Shown here: piece after piece, positions 23,301 to 32,080 of the stretch
Numbering within the stretch: position 1 is the first letter of the stretch
How the letters are laid out: the number at the start of each line of letters is the position of its first letter
Origin: Carnobacteriaceae bacterium
GTDB lineage: Bacteria; Bacillota; Bacilli; Lactobacillales; Carnobacteriaceae_A
Assembly (NCBI GenBank): GCA_043424675.1
Contig: JBHWPB010000075.1
Span: forward strand, 1,130-65,129
Length of the DNA: 64,000 bases
Direction of reading: 5' to 3'
Position numbers and translations under genes: made by a program
The notes under the pieces: model-generated
Database searches by the model: none
Told to the model about the DNA's origin: nothing
The model's input: the letters and a program-made list of their open reading frames with translations, nothing else

Positions 23301-23922
23301 CCACGTCAAAATAGCGCATAGAATCCACTTCGATGTCGAAGAGTTCGATGCGGACGGGATTTTCTTCTGTGGAGAGATAGATATCGATAATTCCTCCGCG
23401 CACGCTGAATTCTCCGGGCGCCGCTGTGAGATTTGTTCGAACGAAACCATAATCAATCAAACGCTGAGTTAAAGTATCGACATCTATTTCGCTGTCCGTC
23501 GTGAGGGTGAGAAAGGATTCTCTGAATTCTTCTACTGGAGGCAGGAATCGTTTTATTCCTGTCAAAGGAACGACAACCACTCCCGGTTCTCCAGAGAGTA
23601 AAAACCTCATCGCTTGTGCTCTTTCACCATGTATCTCTAAAGAAGTTATAGACAGTTCCAACATGATCATCTCGTCTGCAGGGAAGAGATACAGCTTATC
23701 TCTTGGAACAAGATCTGACAGATCTTCATAAACCTGGTTTGCTTGGTGAGCGTTAGCCGTCACCACAACGACCTGCTTGTCTGATGCAGCTGTTGCGGCT
23801 TCAAACACAGTTCTTCCTGAACCCGCCAGCCCGGTAACGAGTTGCTTAGTATCTTCTTCAAACAACTCCTGAATGGAAGCATAAGTTTTAGATTCTTGGA
23901 TGTAATTAAAAAGTTGTTCCAA
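20326..23922 (-). CDS. mfd: Transcription-repair coupling factor
   Basis: 1198 aa with a UvrB-homology N-terminus, an RNAP-interaction domain, superfamily 2 helicase motifs GDVGYGKTEV and DEEQRFG, and a TRCF C-terminal domain. Confidence 0.95.
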   Translation of the reverse strand: MEQLFNYIQESKTYASIQELFEEDTKQLVTGLAGSGRTVFEAATAASDKQVVVVTANAHQANQVYEDLSDLVPRDKLYLFPADEMIMLELSITSLEIHGERAQAMRFLLSGEPGVVVVPLTGIKRFLPPVEEFRESFLTLTTDSEIDVDTLTQRLIDYGFVRTNLTAAPGEFSVRGGIIDIYLSTEENPVRIELFDIEVDSMRYFDVETQRSLESVTEIEIGPASEHLFLEEWKRDAANPLRQAFEKEEKTYDANSQTEELDSFHSEMSRVLEALEEDEPYDNLELYSHFIYPEETTLLDYMLDTGVVFFDEFSRILENEELIQEEETVWKEQQRENGRGLADFKLMADFKEVLTSHEANHVYLTLFQSGAGLNKLTLDQIINVQYRSMLEFFSQMELLHSEVNRLLSQDYAVVVLAPTEERAEEIGEIFEEFDIKSRFADEDSPVKRGQVQIRLGQLQNGFELPHDKLAILTEKELFNKITKKKPKRLNLTNAERIKSYNELETGDYVVHVTHGIGRYLGIETMEVNGTHQDYLKIEYKKGSKLYVPVDQFDLIQKYVASEGKTPKIHTLGGSDWTKTKNRVYRQVEDIADELIALYAERETRKGHAFEPDDSYQQEFEDAFPYTETPDQERSASEIKADMEKEKPMDRLLVGDVGYGKTEVAMRAIFKAVKEGKQAAFLVPTTVLAQQHYQTLTERFEGFPIEIDVLSRFRTKKEQEETLKRLKQGKVDIVIGTHRLLSKDVKFSDLGLLIVDEEQRFGVKHKEILKNIKKDVDVLTLTATPIPRTLHMSMISVRDLSVIETPPENRYPVQTYVMEMNDGAIREAIEREMARDGQVYFLHNRVGTIQQRVASLEELVPDARIGYIHGQMPEEKLENTLIAFINGEYDVLVTTTIIETGVDVPNVNTLLIEDADRMGLSQLYQLRGRVGRSNRVAYAYMLYQPDKVLREESAKRLETLKEFTELGSGFKIAMRDLAIRGAGNLLGQQQSGFIDSVGYDLYTEMLREAVEERQGVKKEERTNLELKIPVDAYIPDAYIPDESQKIEIYKRIQRLENQEDYVLLQDDLIDRFGDYPQEVSDLLTIGLLKATGEKALIETIDYQAKRNKNEMTVTFSQSGTQQIKGEEIIEALQEIPLKVNMKNNNEKLSVVFYIDKNVSDNVWLGYLLLFSENIRTFLKGEGEKEKSEQEINEGKSLEA

Positions 23923-23935
23923 GCGAACTCTCCTT

Positions 23936-24496
23936 TCAGTTGAAATGACTCATGGTATCTTCAAATGTTTTGTCATCCAACCAATACTCTGTGGCATCGC
24001 TGGCGTGATTAACTGCTGCCAACATATCTTCGTGATCTTCTTTCGCAAAACGGCCTAAAACATGCTGAACGACACTCTGTTTTGGATACGGCGAGCCGAT
24101 GCCGACTTTAATCCGTAAAAATTCTTTGGTTCCCAGGTGGTCGATGATGCTTTTTATCCCATTATGTCCTCCCGATCCGCCTTTTTTACGTAGACGTATT
24201 TTTCCTATCGGCAGATCTAAGTCGTCATAAATCACTAACAATTCTTTTTCCGAAACATCAAAATAATCCATCAAAGCCCGAATCGCGCGTCCAGAATTGT
24301 TCATATAAGTCATGGGTTTGACAAATAAAACTTTTTCCCCATCAATAAATTCTTCTGCGTAATGTGCTTCGAATTTTGTTTTATTTAGTTCGAAATTGTG
24401 TCTGTGAGCTAATTCATCGATGGTTATAAAGCCGATATTATGTTTAGTATCTGCGTATTTTGTGCCTGGATTCCCGAGGCCTGCTATCATTTTCAT
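23936..24496 (-). CDS. pth: Peptidyl-tRNA hydrolase
   Basis: 186 aa with GLGNPG...HNIGF at the N-terminus and GGHNG further in. Confidence 0.93.
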   Translation of the reverse strand: MKMIAGLGNPGTKYADTKHNIGFITIDELAHRHNFELNKTKFEAHYAEEFIDGEKVLFVKPMTYMNNSGRAIRALMDYFDVSEKELLVIYDDLDLPIGKIRLRKKGGSGGHNGIKSIIDHLGTKEFLRIKVGIGSPYPKQSVVQHVLGRFAKEDHEDMLAAVNHASDATEYWLDDKTFEDTMSHFN

Positions 24497-24738
24497 AGAA
24501 CTCCTCCAATTTTAACATTGACATACAAAAAAGCTGTGCAGCTGGCACAGTCTCTGTCTTCTATATGAGTCATATTATAACACATTTTAAGCTTCTCCTC
24601 TAATGATGATATCCAGTCGCTCCCTTTCTTCTTTCACATTTATATTATTTTTAAAATTAAAAGGCACACTTTAAATGGCTTGAGCGTTATTGTAAGTGTA
24701 AGTGTCATGACCTTACTACTACCAAAGGAGGAAACAGG

Positions 24739-24936
24739 ATGCGAGAATTTAATAAGAGTAAGATTGAATTGTATTTTTCAGATGGTGAGTCAGAAGATTT
24801 AGTAAAACGTACTTTCAACAATCTCATACCAGATGTCACAGGGGATCAGATCACGGCTTTAGAACAAGCTCTAGAATCTTTAACAGTGTTGTATGCAGAT
24901 TATAGCGTTGTTGTTGAAAATTATATCTACCAATAA
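24739..24936 (+). CDS. DUF1659-like small protein
   Basis: 65 aa preceded by AAGGAGG. The pattern KIELYFSDG...KRTFNNL...DQITALEQALESL matches my recollection of DUF1659, which is paired with DUF2922 in Bacilli. Confidence 0.6.
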   Translation: MREFNKSKIELYFSDGESEDLVKRTFNNLIPDVTGDQITALEQALESLTVLYADYSVVVENYIYQ

Positions 24937-24993
24937 ATAAAAAGAACCCGTCAAAATTAAATGATAAAGAAAATTTTTGAAAGGAGTTTTTAC

Positions 24994-25218
24994 ATGGAAC
25001 AGACATTAGAATTGCTTTTTCTCAATGAGGAAGGAAAGTCTCGTAAATTATCAATCAGAAACCCGGAGGAAGGTCTTACAGAAACGATTGTCCGCGAAGC
25101 GATGGAGACCATCATCAATCAGAATATGTTCGAACAGGATGGTATGAGTCTTTATTCCGAAATCAAAGGTGCCCGCTACATCGAAAGAACAGTAACCGAT
25201 ATTTTCGAAGAAGCTTAA
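24994..25218 (+). CDS. DUF2922-like small protein
   Basis: 74 aa starting at ATG 24994, 7 nt after AAGGAG. The pattern TLELLFLNEEGKSRKLSIRNP...VREAMETII...KGARYIERTVTDI matches the family as I recall it. Confidence 0.6.
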   Translation: MEQTLELLFLNEEGKSRKLSIRNPEEGLTETIVREAMETIINQNMFEQDGMSLYSEIKGARYIERTVTDIFEEA

Positions 25219-25230
25219 CTTATAATGAAC

Positions 25231-25266
25231 AAAAAGGACGAACTCCATATGGAGTTCGTCCTTTTT
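25231..25266. terminator. Bidirectional terminator between the DUF pair and the prs paralog
   Basis: Perfect palindrome AAAAAGGACGAACTCCATATGGAGTTCGTCCTTTTT. Confidence 0.8.
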
Positions 25267-25321
25267 GTCTGCTGGTTTATATACTTAGTATGCTCCAAAA
25301 ACCGCCTTTTGTCGCACACTT

Positions 25322-26323
25322 TTATTCTTCTCTGTGAAGGTCCTCTACATAACTTTTGTCATAGAGAGGTCTGAGCGAATGATCATGATTAATTCGCTCG
25401 ATGCCGTCTTCTAAAAGCGATGCAATTGAAATTTGTTCAATTTTAGGGCTCCGTTTTTCCTCAGGTATATAAAGAGTATCTGTCACGACTAATTTCTTAA
25501 TCGGGGACTCTTCAATAACCTCTGTTGCTCTCTCTGAAAGAACAGGGTGAGTCACTAAAGCATAAACTTCTTCAGCGCCTTCATATATCAATGCGTCGCT
25601 TACTTCACGCATAGTCCGGCCTGTGTCTATTAAATCATCCACAATGATACATTGTTTGCCCTTCACGTCCCCTATGACATGCTGGTTGACCTGTTTTGGA
25701 GCATTATAACTCCTCTCAACTAATCTTCTATCCATAATAGCAAGAGGCAGGTCAAATAAATTAGCGTATTCACGAGTTCTTGTGGCACTGGCATGATCTG
25801 GCGCCACAACCACACCTTTATCCTTGTTCAAATAGTTTGCTGCAAAGTAATTGCCAAGTACTGGAGCTGCTGTTAAATTTTCAACAGGGATACTGTAAAA
25901 CCCCTGCAACTGTGGTGCATGCAAGTCTACAGTAAGTAAGTGATCGACTCCTGTTTTTTCTAAGAGATTTGCTATCACTTTTGCGCTGATGGGTTCACGA
26001 GGTGTCGCTGTTCTATCTTGACGTGCATATCCATAATACGGCATGACGACGTTGATAGTGTTCACACTGGCACGACGCAGAGCATCTATCATAATAAGCA
26101 ATTCCATATAATTTGTATTTACTGGATATCCTGTCGGCTGAATGATATAAATATTTTGTCCGCGGATACTTTCTTCTATGTTAATTAAAATTTCTCCATC
26201 TGAGAAACGATCAATATTTACTTTACCTAGCTCGACACCTAGACCTTCTGCGATAGATTCTGCTAAAGGTTTATTTGCCGATAAAGAAAAAATCTTGAAC
26301 TTATTTTCTGCTTGATCCGTCAT
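25322..26323 (-). CDS. prs: Ribose-phosphate pyrophosphokinase, second tandem paralog
   Basis: 333 aa with [21 protein letters not shown] and PRPP loop IIVDDLIDTGRT. The C-terminus is longer than in the adjacent copy. Confidence 0.88.
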   Translation of the reverse strand: MTDQAENKFKIFSLSANKPLAESIAEGLGVELGKVNIDRFSDGEILINIEESIRGQNIYIIQPTGYPVNTNYMELLIMIDALRRASVNTINVVMPYYGYARQDRTATPREPISAKVIANLLEKTGVDHLLTVDLHAPQLQGFYSIPVENLTAAPVLGNYFAANYLNKDKGVVVAPDHASATRTREYANLFDLPLAIMDRRLVERSYNAPKQVNQHVIGDVKGKQCIIVDDLIDTGRTMREVSDALIYEGAEEVYALVTHPVLSERATEVIEESPIKKLVVTDTLYIPEEKRSPKIEQISIASLLEDGIERINHDHSLRPLYDKSYVEDLHREE

Positions 26324-26385
26324 TTCACTCCCACTTTCTTTTAAATTTATAAACTAAAAGAACTCCCTCGAAAGAGAGTCATCCC

Positions 26386-27357
26386 TTATCCTTTGTATTG
26401 TGTTTCAAACAGTGGACTAACAGAGATGTTGTTGTGGATACGGTAAATCGCATCTCCAATTAGATGTGAAACAGAAACCTGATCAATTTTTTCAATGATT
26501 TTTTCTTCAGGGAGAGATATAGAATCCGTCACGACCATTTTCTTAATGACCGAATTTTCTATTCTTTCAATTGCAGGACCAGAGAGAATAGCGTGTGTTC
26601 CACAAGCATAAACTTCGGAGGCTCCGGCATCTTCTAAAGCTTTGGCCGCTAATGTAATCGTTCCTGCTGTATCAACCATATCATCTATTAAGACAGCCGT
26701 TTTGCCTTCAACCTCACCGATGATATTCATAACTTCAGCAACATTCGCTTTTGGACGCCGCTTGTCAATAATGGCCAAAGGAGAGTCTAAAAATCCTGCG
26801 AGCTTCCTAGCACGTGTCACGCCCCCGTGGTCTGGGGATACAACGACCACATCTTCTCCTCGGATATCTCTATCGATAAAGTAATTAGCAAGTAGCGATG
26901 CACCGAGTAAGTGATCCACTGGAATATCGAAGAAACCTTGGATCTGAGCGGCGTGTAAGTCCAGCGTTAAAAGTCGGTCTACCCCTACTTCTTCTAGTAA
27001 GTTCGCGACAAGTTTGGCAGTAATCGGTTCACGTGAACGGGCTTTTCTATCTTGACGTGCGTACCCATAATACGGCATAACAACGTTAATTGTTCCCGCA
27101 CTTGCTCGTCTGAGAGCATCTACCATAATGAGAACTTCCATCAAATGATCGTTAGCAGGCTGTGAGGTGGATTGAATAATATAAATATCATCCCCTCGGA
27201 TACTTTCTTCTATGTTGACGTGAATCTCTCCGTCACTGAAACGATTCATCTGTACTTTTCCTAATTCTACTCCCAAGTGATCGGCGATTGCTTCTGCTAA
27301 AGGTATATTAGAACTCAATGAAAATAATTTCGGTTCGGTTTCTGTTTTCTTAGTCAT
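26386..27357 (-). CDS. prs: Ribose-phosphate pyrophosphokinase
   Basis: 323 aa with [23 protein letters not shown] and [12 protein letters not shown]. Lies downstream of glmU as in Bacillus. Confidence 0.93.
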   Translation of the reverse strand: MTKKTETEPKLFSLSSNIPLAEAIADHLGVELGKVQMNRFSDGEIHVNIEESIRGDDIYIIQSTSQPANDHLMEVLIMVDALRRASAGTINVVMPYYGYARQDRKARSREPITAKLVANLLEEVGVDRLLTLDLHAAQIQGFFDIPVDHLLGASLLANYFIDRDIRGEDVVVVSPDHGGVTRARKLAGFLDSPLAIIDKRRPKANVAEVMNIIGEVEGKTAVLIDDMVDTAGTITLAAKALEDAGASEVYACGTHAILSGPAIERIENSVIKKMVVTDSISLPEEKIIEKIDQVSVSHLIGDAIYRIHNNISVSPLFETQYKG

Positions 27358-27426
27358 AACTGCCTCCCTTTCTGATTTTAATTCTTATTTAGCTTTTATT
27401 CAATCTTAAAAAGCTATAATCAAATT

Positions 27427-28815
27427 TTATTTGTCTTCTTCTGCCCAGCGTTTTCTTATTTTCTCCGTGTAACCAGGGATATTAGCCTGTTCTGTTCTTG
27501 CGATAGCGAGTTCTCCTTCATTGATGTCCTTAGTCAGAGTAGAACCTGCTCCGAGAACAGTGTCTTTTCCGATATGGACAGGTGAGACAATATTCACATT
27601 ACATCCTATGAAGGCGCGGTCCTCGATGGTCGTTTTGTGCTTATGTTTTCCATCGTAGTTGACAATAACAGAGCCTGCTCCGAAGTTCACATCTTCTCCA
27701 ATCTCCGCATCGCCTATATAAGTATGGTGTCCCACTTTAGTATTTTTTCCTAACGTTGATTTTTTGACTTCAGCGAAATTTCCAACGTGAACGCCTTCTT
27801 TCAACCAAGTATCAGGACGAATATGGCTGTAAGGACCGACATCTACTTTGTTATCGATTCTTGATGCTTCAATAGTTGAGTGCTCAATTTCGACTTGGTC
27901 GCCAAGCTGAGAGTCTGCAATACGACTGCCAGCTTGAATCAGACAGTCTTCTCCAATCACAGTTGTTCCTGTCAATGTAACATTAGCTTCAATGACTGTA
28001 TCTTGGCCGATCTCTACATCAGATTCGATGTAAGTGGAGGCAGAATCTGTGAAGGTTACTCCATTTGTCATGTGTTTTTCATTGATTCTTTTTCTCATCA
28101 AGGCCTCTGCTTCTGAAAGTGCGATACGATTATTTACTCCTAGCGCTTCTGTGGTATCAGGAATAGGAAAAGCAGCGACAGATTCCGATTGATTTTTAAG
28201 AATCTCTATCACGTCAGGCAAGTAATACTCTCCCTGAGCATTCTCATTGCTGACCTCTTTTAAAGCTTCAAACAAGGTAGCATTATCGAAATAATAAGTT
28301 CCTGTATTTATTTCCTTCACTTGACGTTCGCCCTCTGTCGCATCTTTTTCTTCAACAATACGAGCCAGCCCGCCAGCTTCATCCCGAATAACGCGTCCAT
28401 AACCATGTGAGTTTTCAACTATAGCACTGACGACTGTTGCTTTTGAGTTGTTGTCTTCGTGAAATTTGAAACCTGCTTCGAGGGTTTCTTTCGTAAAGAG
28501 AGGTGTATCTCCACAGATAACAAGTGTAGTCCCTTTTTTACCTTGAAGGCGGTCTTCAGCCTGCATCACAGCATGTGCTGTTCCTAATTGTTCTTCTTGT
28601 AGACTGTATTCCGATTTATCTCCAAGATAATCTTGAACGGTTTCAGCTCCTACTCCTACAATCGTCACAGTTTCATCTACTCCAGATGCATTAACCTGAT
28701 CATAAACGTGACCGACCATTGGCTTGCCAGAAACGGGATGCATGACTTTATATAATTTCGATTTCATCCGTGTACCTTGTCCGGCAGCTAGAATGATTGC
28801 ATAGCGCTCTTTCAT
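27427..28815 (-). CDS. glmU: Bifunctional UDP-N-acetylglucosamine pyrophosphorylase / glucosamine-1-phosphate N-acetyltransferase
   Basis: 462 aa with N-terminal LAAGQGTRM and a C-terminal left-handed beta-helix of hexapeptide repeats. Confidence 0.95.
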   Translation of the reverse strand: MKERYAIILAAGQGTRMKSKLYKVMHPVSGKPMVGHVYDQVNASGVDETVTIVGVGAETVQDYLGDKSEYSLQEEQLGTAHAVMQAEDRLQGKKGTTLVICGDTPLFTKETLEAGFKFHEDNNSKATVVSAIVENSHGYGRVIRDEAGGLARIVEEKDATEGERQVKEINTGTYYFDNATLFEALKEVSNENAQGEYYLPDVIEILKNQSESVAAFPIPDTTEALGVNNRIALSEAEALMRKRINEKHMTNGVTFTDSASTYIESDVEIGQDTVIEANVTLTGTTVIGEDCLIQAGSRIADSQLGDQVEIEHSTIEASRIDNKVDVGPYSHIRPDTWLKEGVHVGNFAEVKKSTLGKNTKVGHHTYIGDAEIGEDVNFGAGSVIVNYDGKHKHKTTIEDRAFIGCNVNIVSPVHIGKDTVLGAGSTLTKDINEGELAIARTEQANIPGYTEKIRKRWAEEDK

Positions 28816-28949
28816 AATTTTCTCCTATCTTTCTTTTTCTTAATTCATCTCTGTTAGTGTAATATTTTATTTACTGTTTTACTTTCATAATACTATCTAA
28901 TATAGCATTATTTTTCAATCTCATCGCTCTTTTTCCTCATCTTATTTGG

Positions 28950-28990
28950 AAATAAAAAGAACAAAAACTCGATATTCTTGTTCTTTCAAA
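28950..28990 (-). terminator. Probable terminator after the metal ABC permease gene
   Basis: AAAGAACAA pairs with TTGTTCTTT around a 14-nt loop, flanked by A/T runs. Confidence 0.45.
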
Positions 28991-28993
28991 AAA

Positions 28994-29809
28994 TTATTTA
29001 TTGAGTGCCCTATATAATCCTTGGAAGAGAGGAGACAGGGCGAAAATCACAATATACAAAGTTACAATTGTTGCGCCGGGAGGAGTGGCTAAGGTATAGG
29101 AGAGATATAATCCTCCGAACATTCCTAACATAGCGATCCCAATTCCTATCAGTATGACGCCAGTAAAACTTTTAGATAAACGCATAGAAATCGCAGCTGG
29201 AAAGATTAAAATAGCCGAGACTAATAACGCTCCCACGATCGGCATCACCATAGCGATGACCAGACCGACAAGCACTGTAAATAGATTGGACATCAATCTG
29301 ACCGGCAGCCCTTGGACAAAAGCAGTCTCCTCATCAAAAGTGAGGGTGTACATAGGTTTCTTGAAAGTCGCATATAGAATCAAGATCAGGACTGTAAGAA
29401 TCAGAAGCAACCAGAGCTGTTCGCTCGAGATCGTCACAATCGATCCAAAGAGATATTGTTCGACACTGATGCTGGCGCCCCCTTCGTTTAAGCTGATTAA
29501 AATAAGGGCAATCGCCATCCCGCCAGCCATCAGAAAAGCCATAGAAACTTCTGAATAATCTTTATAGATGTGACGCAGATACTCCAAAACAAGCGCCATC
29601 ACAGCTACTACGAGGATCGTCATAAAAGTAGGATTAAATCCTATAAGATATCCTAGAGCCACCCCTACTAAAGAAACATGAGATAAAGTATCTGCTACCA
29701 AAGACTGGCGTCTTAGTATCAGAAAGAGTCCTAAGATTGGCGAGATCAGTGAAATAAGAAAAGAGGCAAGAAAGGCTCGCTTCATGAAATCAAAGAGAAA
29801 GATCTCCAC
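28994..29809 (-). CDS. ABC-3 family metal (Zn/Mn) transporter permease
   Basis: 271 aa with about 8 TM helices, typical ZnuB/AdcB/MntC-type composition. Overlaps the upstream ATPase gene. Confidence 0.8.
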   Translation of the reverse strand: MEIFLFDFMKRAFLASFLISLISPILGLFLILRRQSLVADTLSHVSLVGVALGYLIGFNPTFMTILVVAVMALVLEYLRHIYKDYSEVSMAFLMAGGMAIALILISLNEGGASISVEQYLFGSIVTISSEQLWLLLILTVLILILYATFKKPMYTLTFDEETAFVQGLPVRLMSNLFTVLVGLVIAMVMPIVGALLVSAILIFPAAISMRLSKSFTGVILIGIGIAMLGMFGGLYLSYTLATPPGATIVTLYIVIFALSPLFQGLYRALNK

Positions 29810-30459
29810 GGGACATCCTCCCTTCTCACTAGACGGAGATGTCGATCAGCATAATACATGAGTTCATCTTGTTCATGAGTAACCATCAAAATCGCCTTTT
29901 CTCTATCAGCTTCTGCTTTTAATAATTTATATAATTTTTCACGTGATTCTTTATCCATCCCTGTTGTAGGTTCGTCTAAGACATAAAAATCAGGGTTCAT
30001 CGCCAGAACTCTGGCAATAGAAATCCGCTGTTTTTGCCCGCCCGACAGATCGCCGATACGGCTTTTCCGATAAGCCCACATCCCTACTTCTCTCAAGGTT
30101 GTTTCTACTATCTCCAGATCTTCCTGATCAAGTGATTTAAACCATTTCCCTTGGGGGTAACGTCCAGAACGGACAAACTCCTCTACAGTACTTGGAAAAC
30201 CGGGATTAAAGCCCGCTGCATTCTGTGGAATATAGCCGATGATTAATTTTTCACCATCGACATTTTTTTCTGCTCGGTCAACTGAACCTGTTTCAGGCTC
30301 GATGACATTGAGAACATTTCTTAAAAGCGTCGTCTTGGCTGCTCCGTTTTCTCCGGTGAGCATCACGAATTCTCCACTCTCTACACTAAAATTGACGTCC
30401 TGAAGAATCGGCTCTCTATCATACCGAAAAGAAAGATTCTCCACCTCTAGATACTTCAC
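29782..30459 (-). CDS. Metal (probably zinc) ABC transporter ATP-binding protein
   Basis: GTG start 6 nt after GAGGTG. Walker A GENGAAKTT, signature LSGGQKQR, Walker B FYVLDEPTTGMD. A Zur-type box lies upstream. Confidence 0.85.
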   Translation of the reverse strand: MKYLEVENLSFRYDREPILQDVNFSVESGEFVMLTGENGAAKTTLLRNVLNVIEPETGSVDRAEKNVDGEKLIIGYIPQNAAGFNPGFPSTVEEFVRSGRYPQGKWFKSLDQEDLEIVETTLREVGMWAYRKSRIGDLSGGQKQRISIARVLAMNPDFYVLDEPTTGMDKESREKLYKLLKAEADREKAILMVTHEQDELMYYADRHLRLVRREDVPWRSFSLIS

Positions 30460-30479
30460 TCTCTCACCTCTTCATTTCT

Positions 30480-30500
30480 AAATAGGAATCATTACGTTTT
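30480..30500 (-). promoter_or_regulatory. Zur-box-like inverted repeat upstream of the metal ABC operon
   Basis: The minus strand reads AAAACGTAATGATTCCTATTT against the B. subtilis Zur box AAATCGTAATNATTACGATTT (17 of 20 defined positions). It lies 21-41 nt upstream of the GTG start. Confidence 0.6.
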
Positions 30501-30628
30501 ACTGAAATAGTTTAACTATATTTATTAAAATAAGCAAGGAGTATAAAGTATGTGGTAAAAGTGATGGCAGCTGAAATCGCTGGAAGTAAAGGAAGACTGA
30601 ATGAGGTCCTAAGTCCCAGAAAACAAGC

Positions 30629-30662
30629 TAAAAGGGGAATGTCCTAGGACATTCCCCTTTTA
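30629..30662. terminator. Terminator after veg (perfect palindrome)
   Basis: AAAGGGGAATGTCC-TA-GGACATTCCCCTTT. Confidence 0.8.
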
Positions 30663-30687
30663 GCTAATAAATAAATTCTGTTCGCCG

Positions 30688-30927
30688 TTAATCTTCTACA
30701 AAGTCGATCTCAATAGAATTTGTTAAAATATCGGTATAACTATATGAGCACCACTCAAAATCATTTTCTCCTGGATCCAGCTGAACCGTAAAGACTGCCG
30801 GATAGGCTTCAGAAATAATACCTTTGCGTTCTTTCTTCTTGCGACGTCCTGCTTGTATAGTAACAATGACTTCTCTTCCAAGATTGTCTGTGACTTCTTG
30901 TTTAATATCAGAAAGTTTTCTTGGCAT
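30688..30927 (-). CDS. veg: Veg protein
   Basis: 79 aa. The strings LSDIKQEV...LGREV...GRRK...GII...YPAVFTVQLD...SYSYTDILT align with B. subtilis Veg. Syntenic next to rsmA. Confidence 0.9.
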   Translation of the reverse strand: MPRKLSDIKQEVTDNLGREVIVTIQAGRRKKKERKGIISEAYPAVFTVQLDPGENDFEWCSYSYTDILTNSIEIDFVED

Positions 30928-30956
30928 CCCTACTCACTCCTATAAGTTATACAGTA

Positions 30957-30985
30957 ATTGTATCATTATAAGGTGAAGTTTGCAA
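30957..30985 (-). promoter_or_regulatory. veg promoter (sigma-A)
   Basis: On the minus strand: TTGCAA, a 17-nt spacer, then TACAAT. The B. subtilis veg promoter uses the same -10 hexamer. Confidence 0.6.
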
Positions 30986-31186
30986 GCTTAACATAAAATT
31001 TGTATTATCACAATACCTTTTTTAATTTTCTCAAGAGCCTGACTAAGGTAATGAAAACGCGACCAAGTTTCCCTATGTAAATTTAACTGCATGCAGTCTT
31101 AACAAAAACTTTACTATTCTATTTTACGAATTAAATATAGGCAGAAAGAATTTCATACTACCTACTTCATATTAGCACTTTTAACT

Positions 31187-32080
31187 TCACTCGAAACGCA
31201 AACCTTCATCTTGTAAAGCATTACTCACCCTTGCAAACTCCTCTATTGTTAAAGTTTCCCCTCGGCGTTTAGAATCGATATCGGCTTCCACGAAAGCTCG
31301 ATCGATAGCTTCTTTTACTGCAGTATCCTTACCAAAAGCAGCGACCATATTATTCCGAATCGTTTTACGGCGCTGGGCAAAAGCAGCTCTGACCATTTTG
31401 AAAAAGAAAGTTTCATCCTGTACCTCTGCAGGTTTTTCACTTTTTCTTTCTAGATGTAAGATAGCAGAATCGACATTGGGGGCGGGATTAAAAACCGTTG
31501 CCGGGACAATAGAAGCAATTTCAGTGTCCATATAGTACTGGATAGCGATTGAAAGCGACCCGTAGGCTTTCGTTCCAGGCTCTGCAGAGATACGATCGGC
31601 TACTTCTTTTTGTATCATCACAGTCATCGTTTCTATGGGTACCGTGCTCTCAAGAAAGTGCATGAGTATAGGTGTCGTAATATAGTAGGGGAGATTGGCA
31701 ACAAGGTGAATAGGCTTGGCCAAATCAAAAAAATCAGCTAATGCTTTATCTAATTCGACCTCTAGTATGTCCTGATTTATTACCTCGATATTGTCATAGT
31801 CCGACAAGGTATCCTCTAAAACGGCCATAAAGCGCTGATCAATTTCGAAAGCGACCACCTGTTTAGAAGCCATTGCCAGCTGTTCGGTTAAGGCTCCGAT
31901 TCCAGGACCTACTTCGATGACTTGACTTTCTTCGGTGATTCCTGCTGCTGCAATCATGTTCTTGAGAATATTCGTGTCGATAATAAAATTTTGGCCCAAA
32001 CTTTTTTTAGCTTTTAAATCATACTTCTCTATTATTTCTTGGGTCATACTCGGTGTTGCGATATTTTTTTTAAGACTCAT
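31187..32080 (-). CDS. rsmA: 16S rRNA (adenine1518/1519-N6)-dimethyltransferase
   Basis: SAM motif VIEVGPGIGALT. The ATG at 32080 follows AGAGGGG; the ORF-track start at 32095 is a TTG. Overlaps the rnmV stop. Confidence 0.92.
   Translation of the reverse strand: MSLKKNIATPSMTQEIIEKYDLKAKKSLGQNFIIDTNILKNMIAAAGITEESQVIEVGPGIGALTEQLAMASKQVVAFEIDQRFMAVLEDTLSDYDNIEVINQDILEVELDKALADFFDLAKPIHLVANLPYYITTPILMHFLESTVPIETMTVMIQKEVADRISAEPGTKAYGSLSIAIQYYMDTEIASIVPATVFNPAPNVDSAILHLERKSEKPAEVQDETFFFKMVRAAFAQRRKTIRNNMVAAFGKDTAVKEAIDRAFVEADIDSKRRGETLTIEEFARVSNALQDEGLRFE

Noticed and set aside
26324-26385. Weak hairpin (ACTCCCTC-GAAA-GAGAGT) between the two prs genes as a terminator
   Set aside because: The stem is interrupted (a 2-nt bulge, with only 4+2 bp) and the T run is poor. 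This is not enough to call a terminator, and the two genes may be co-transcribed.
30540-30630. 27-codon + strand ORF (MAAEIAGSKGRLNEVLSPRKQAKRGMS) between the Zur box and the veg terminator
   Set aside because: There is no convincing RBS. It runs into the terminator palindrome, and its composition is unremarkable. It is most likely non-coding spacer.
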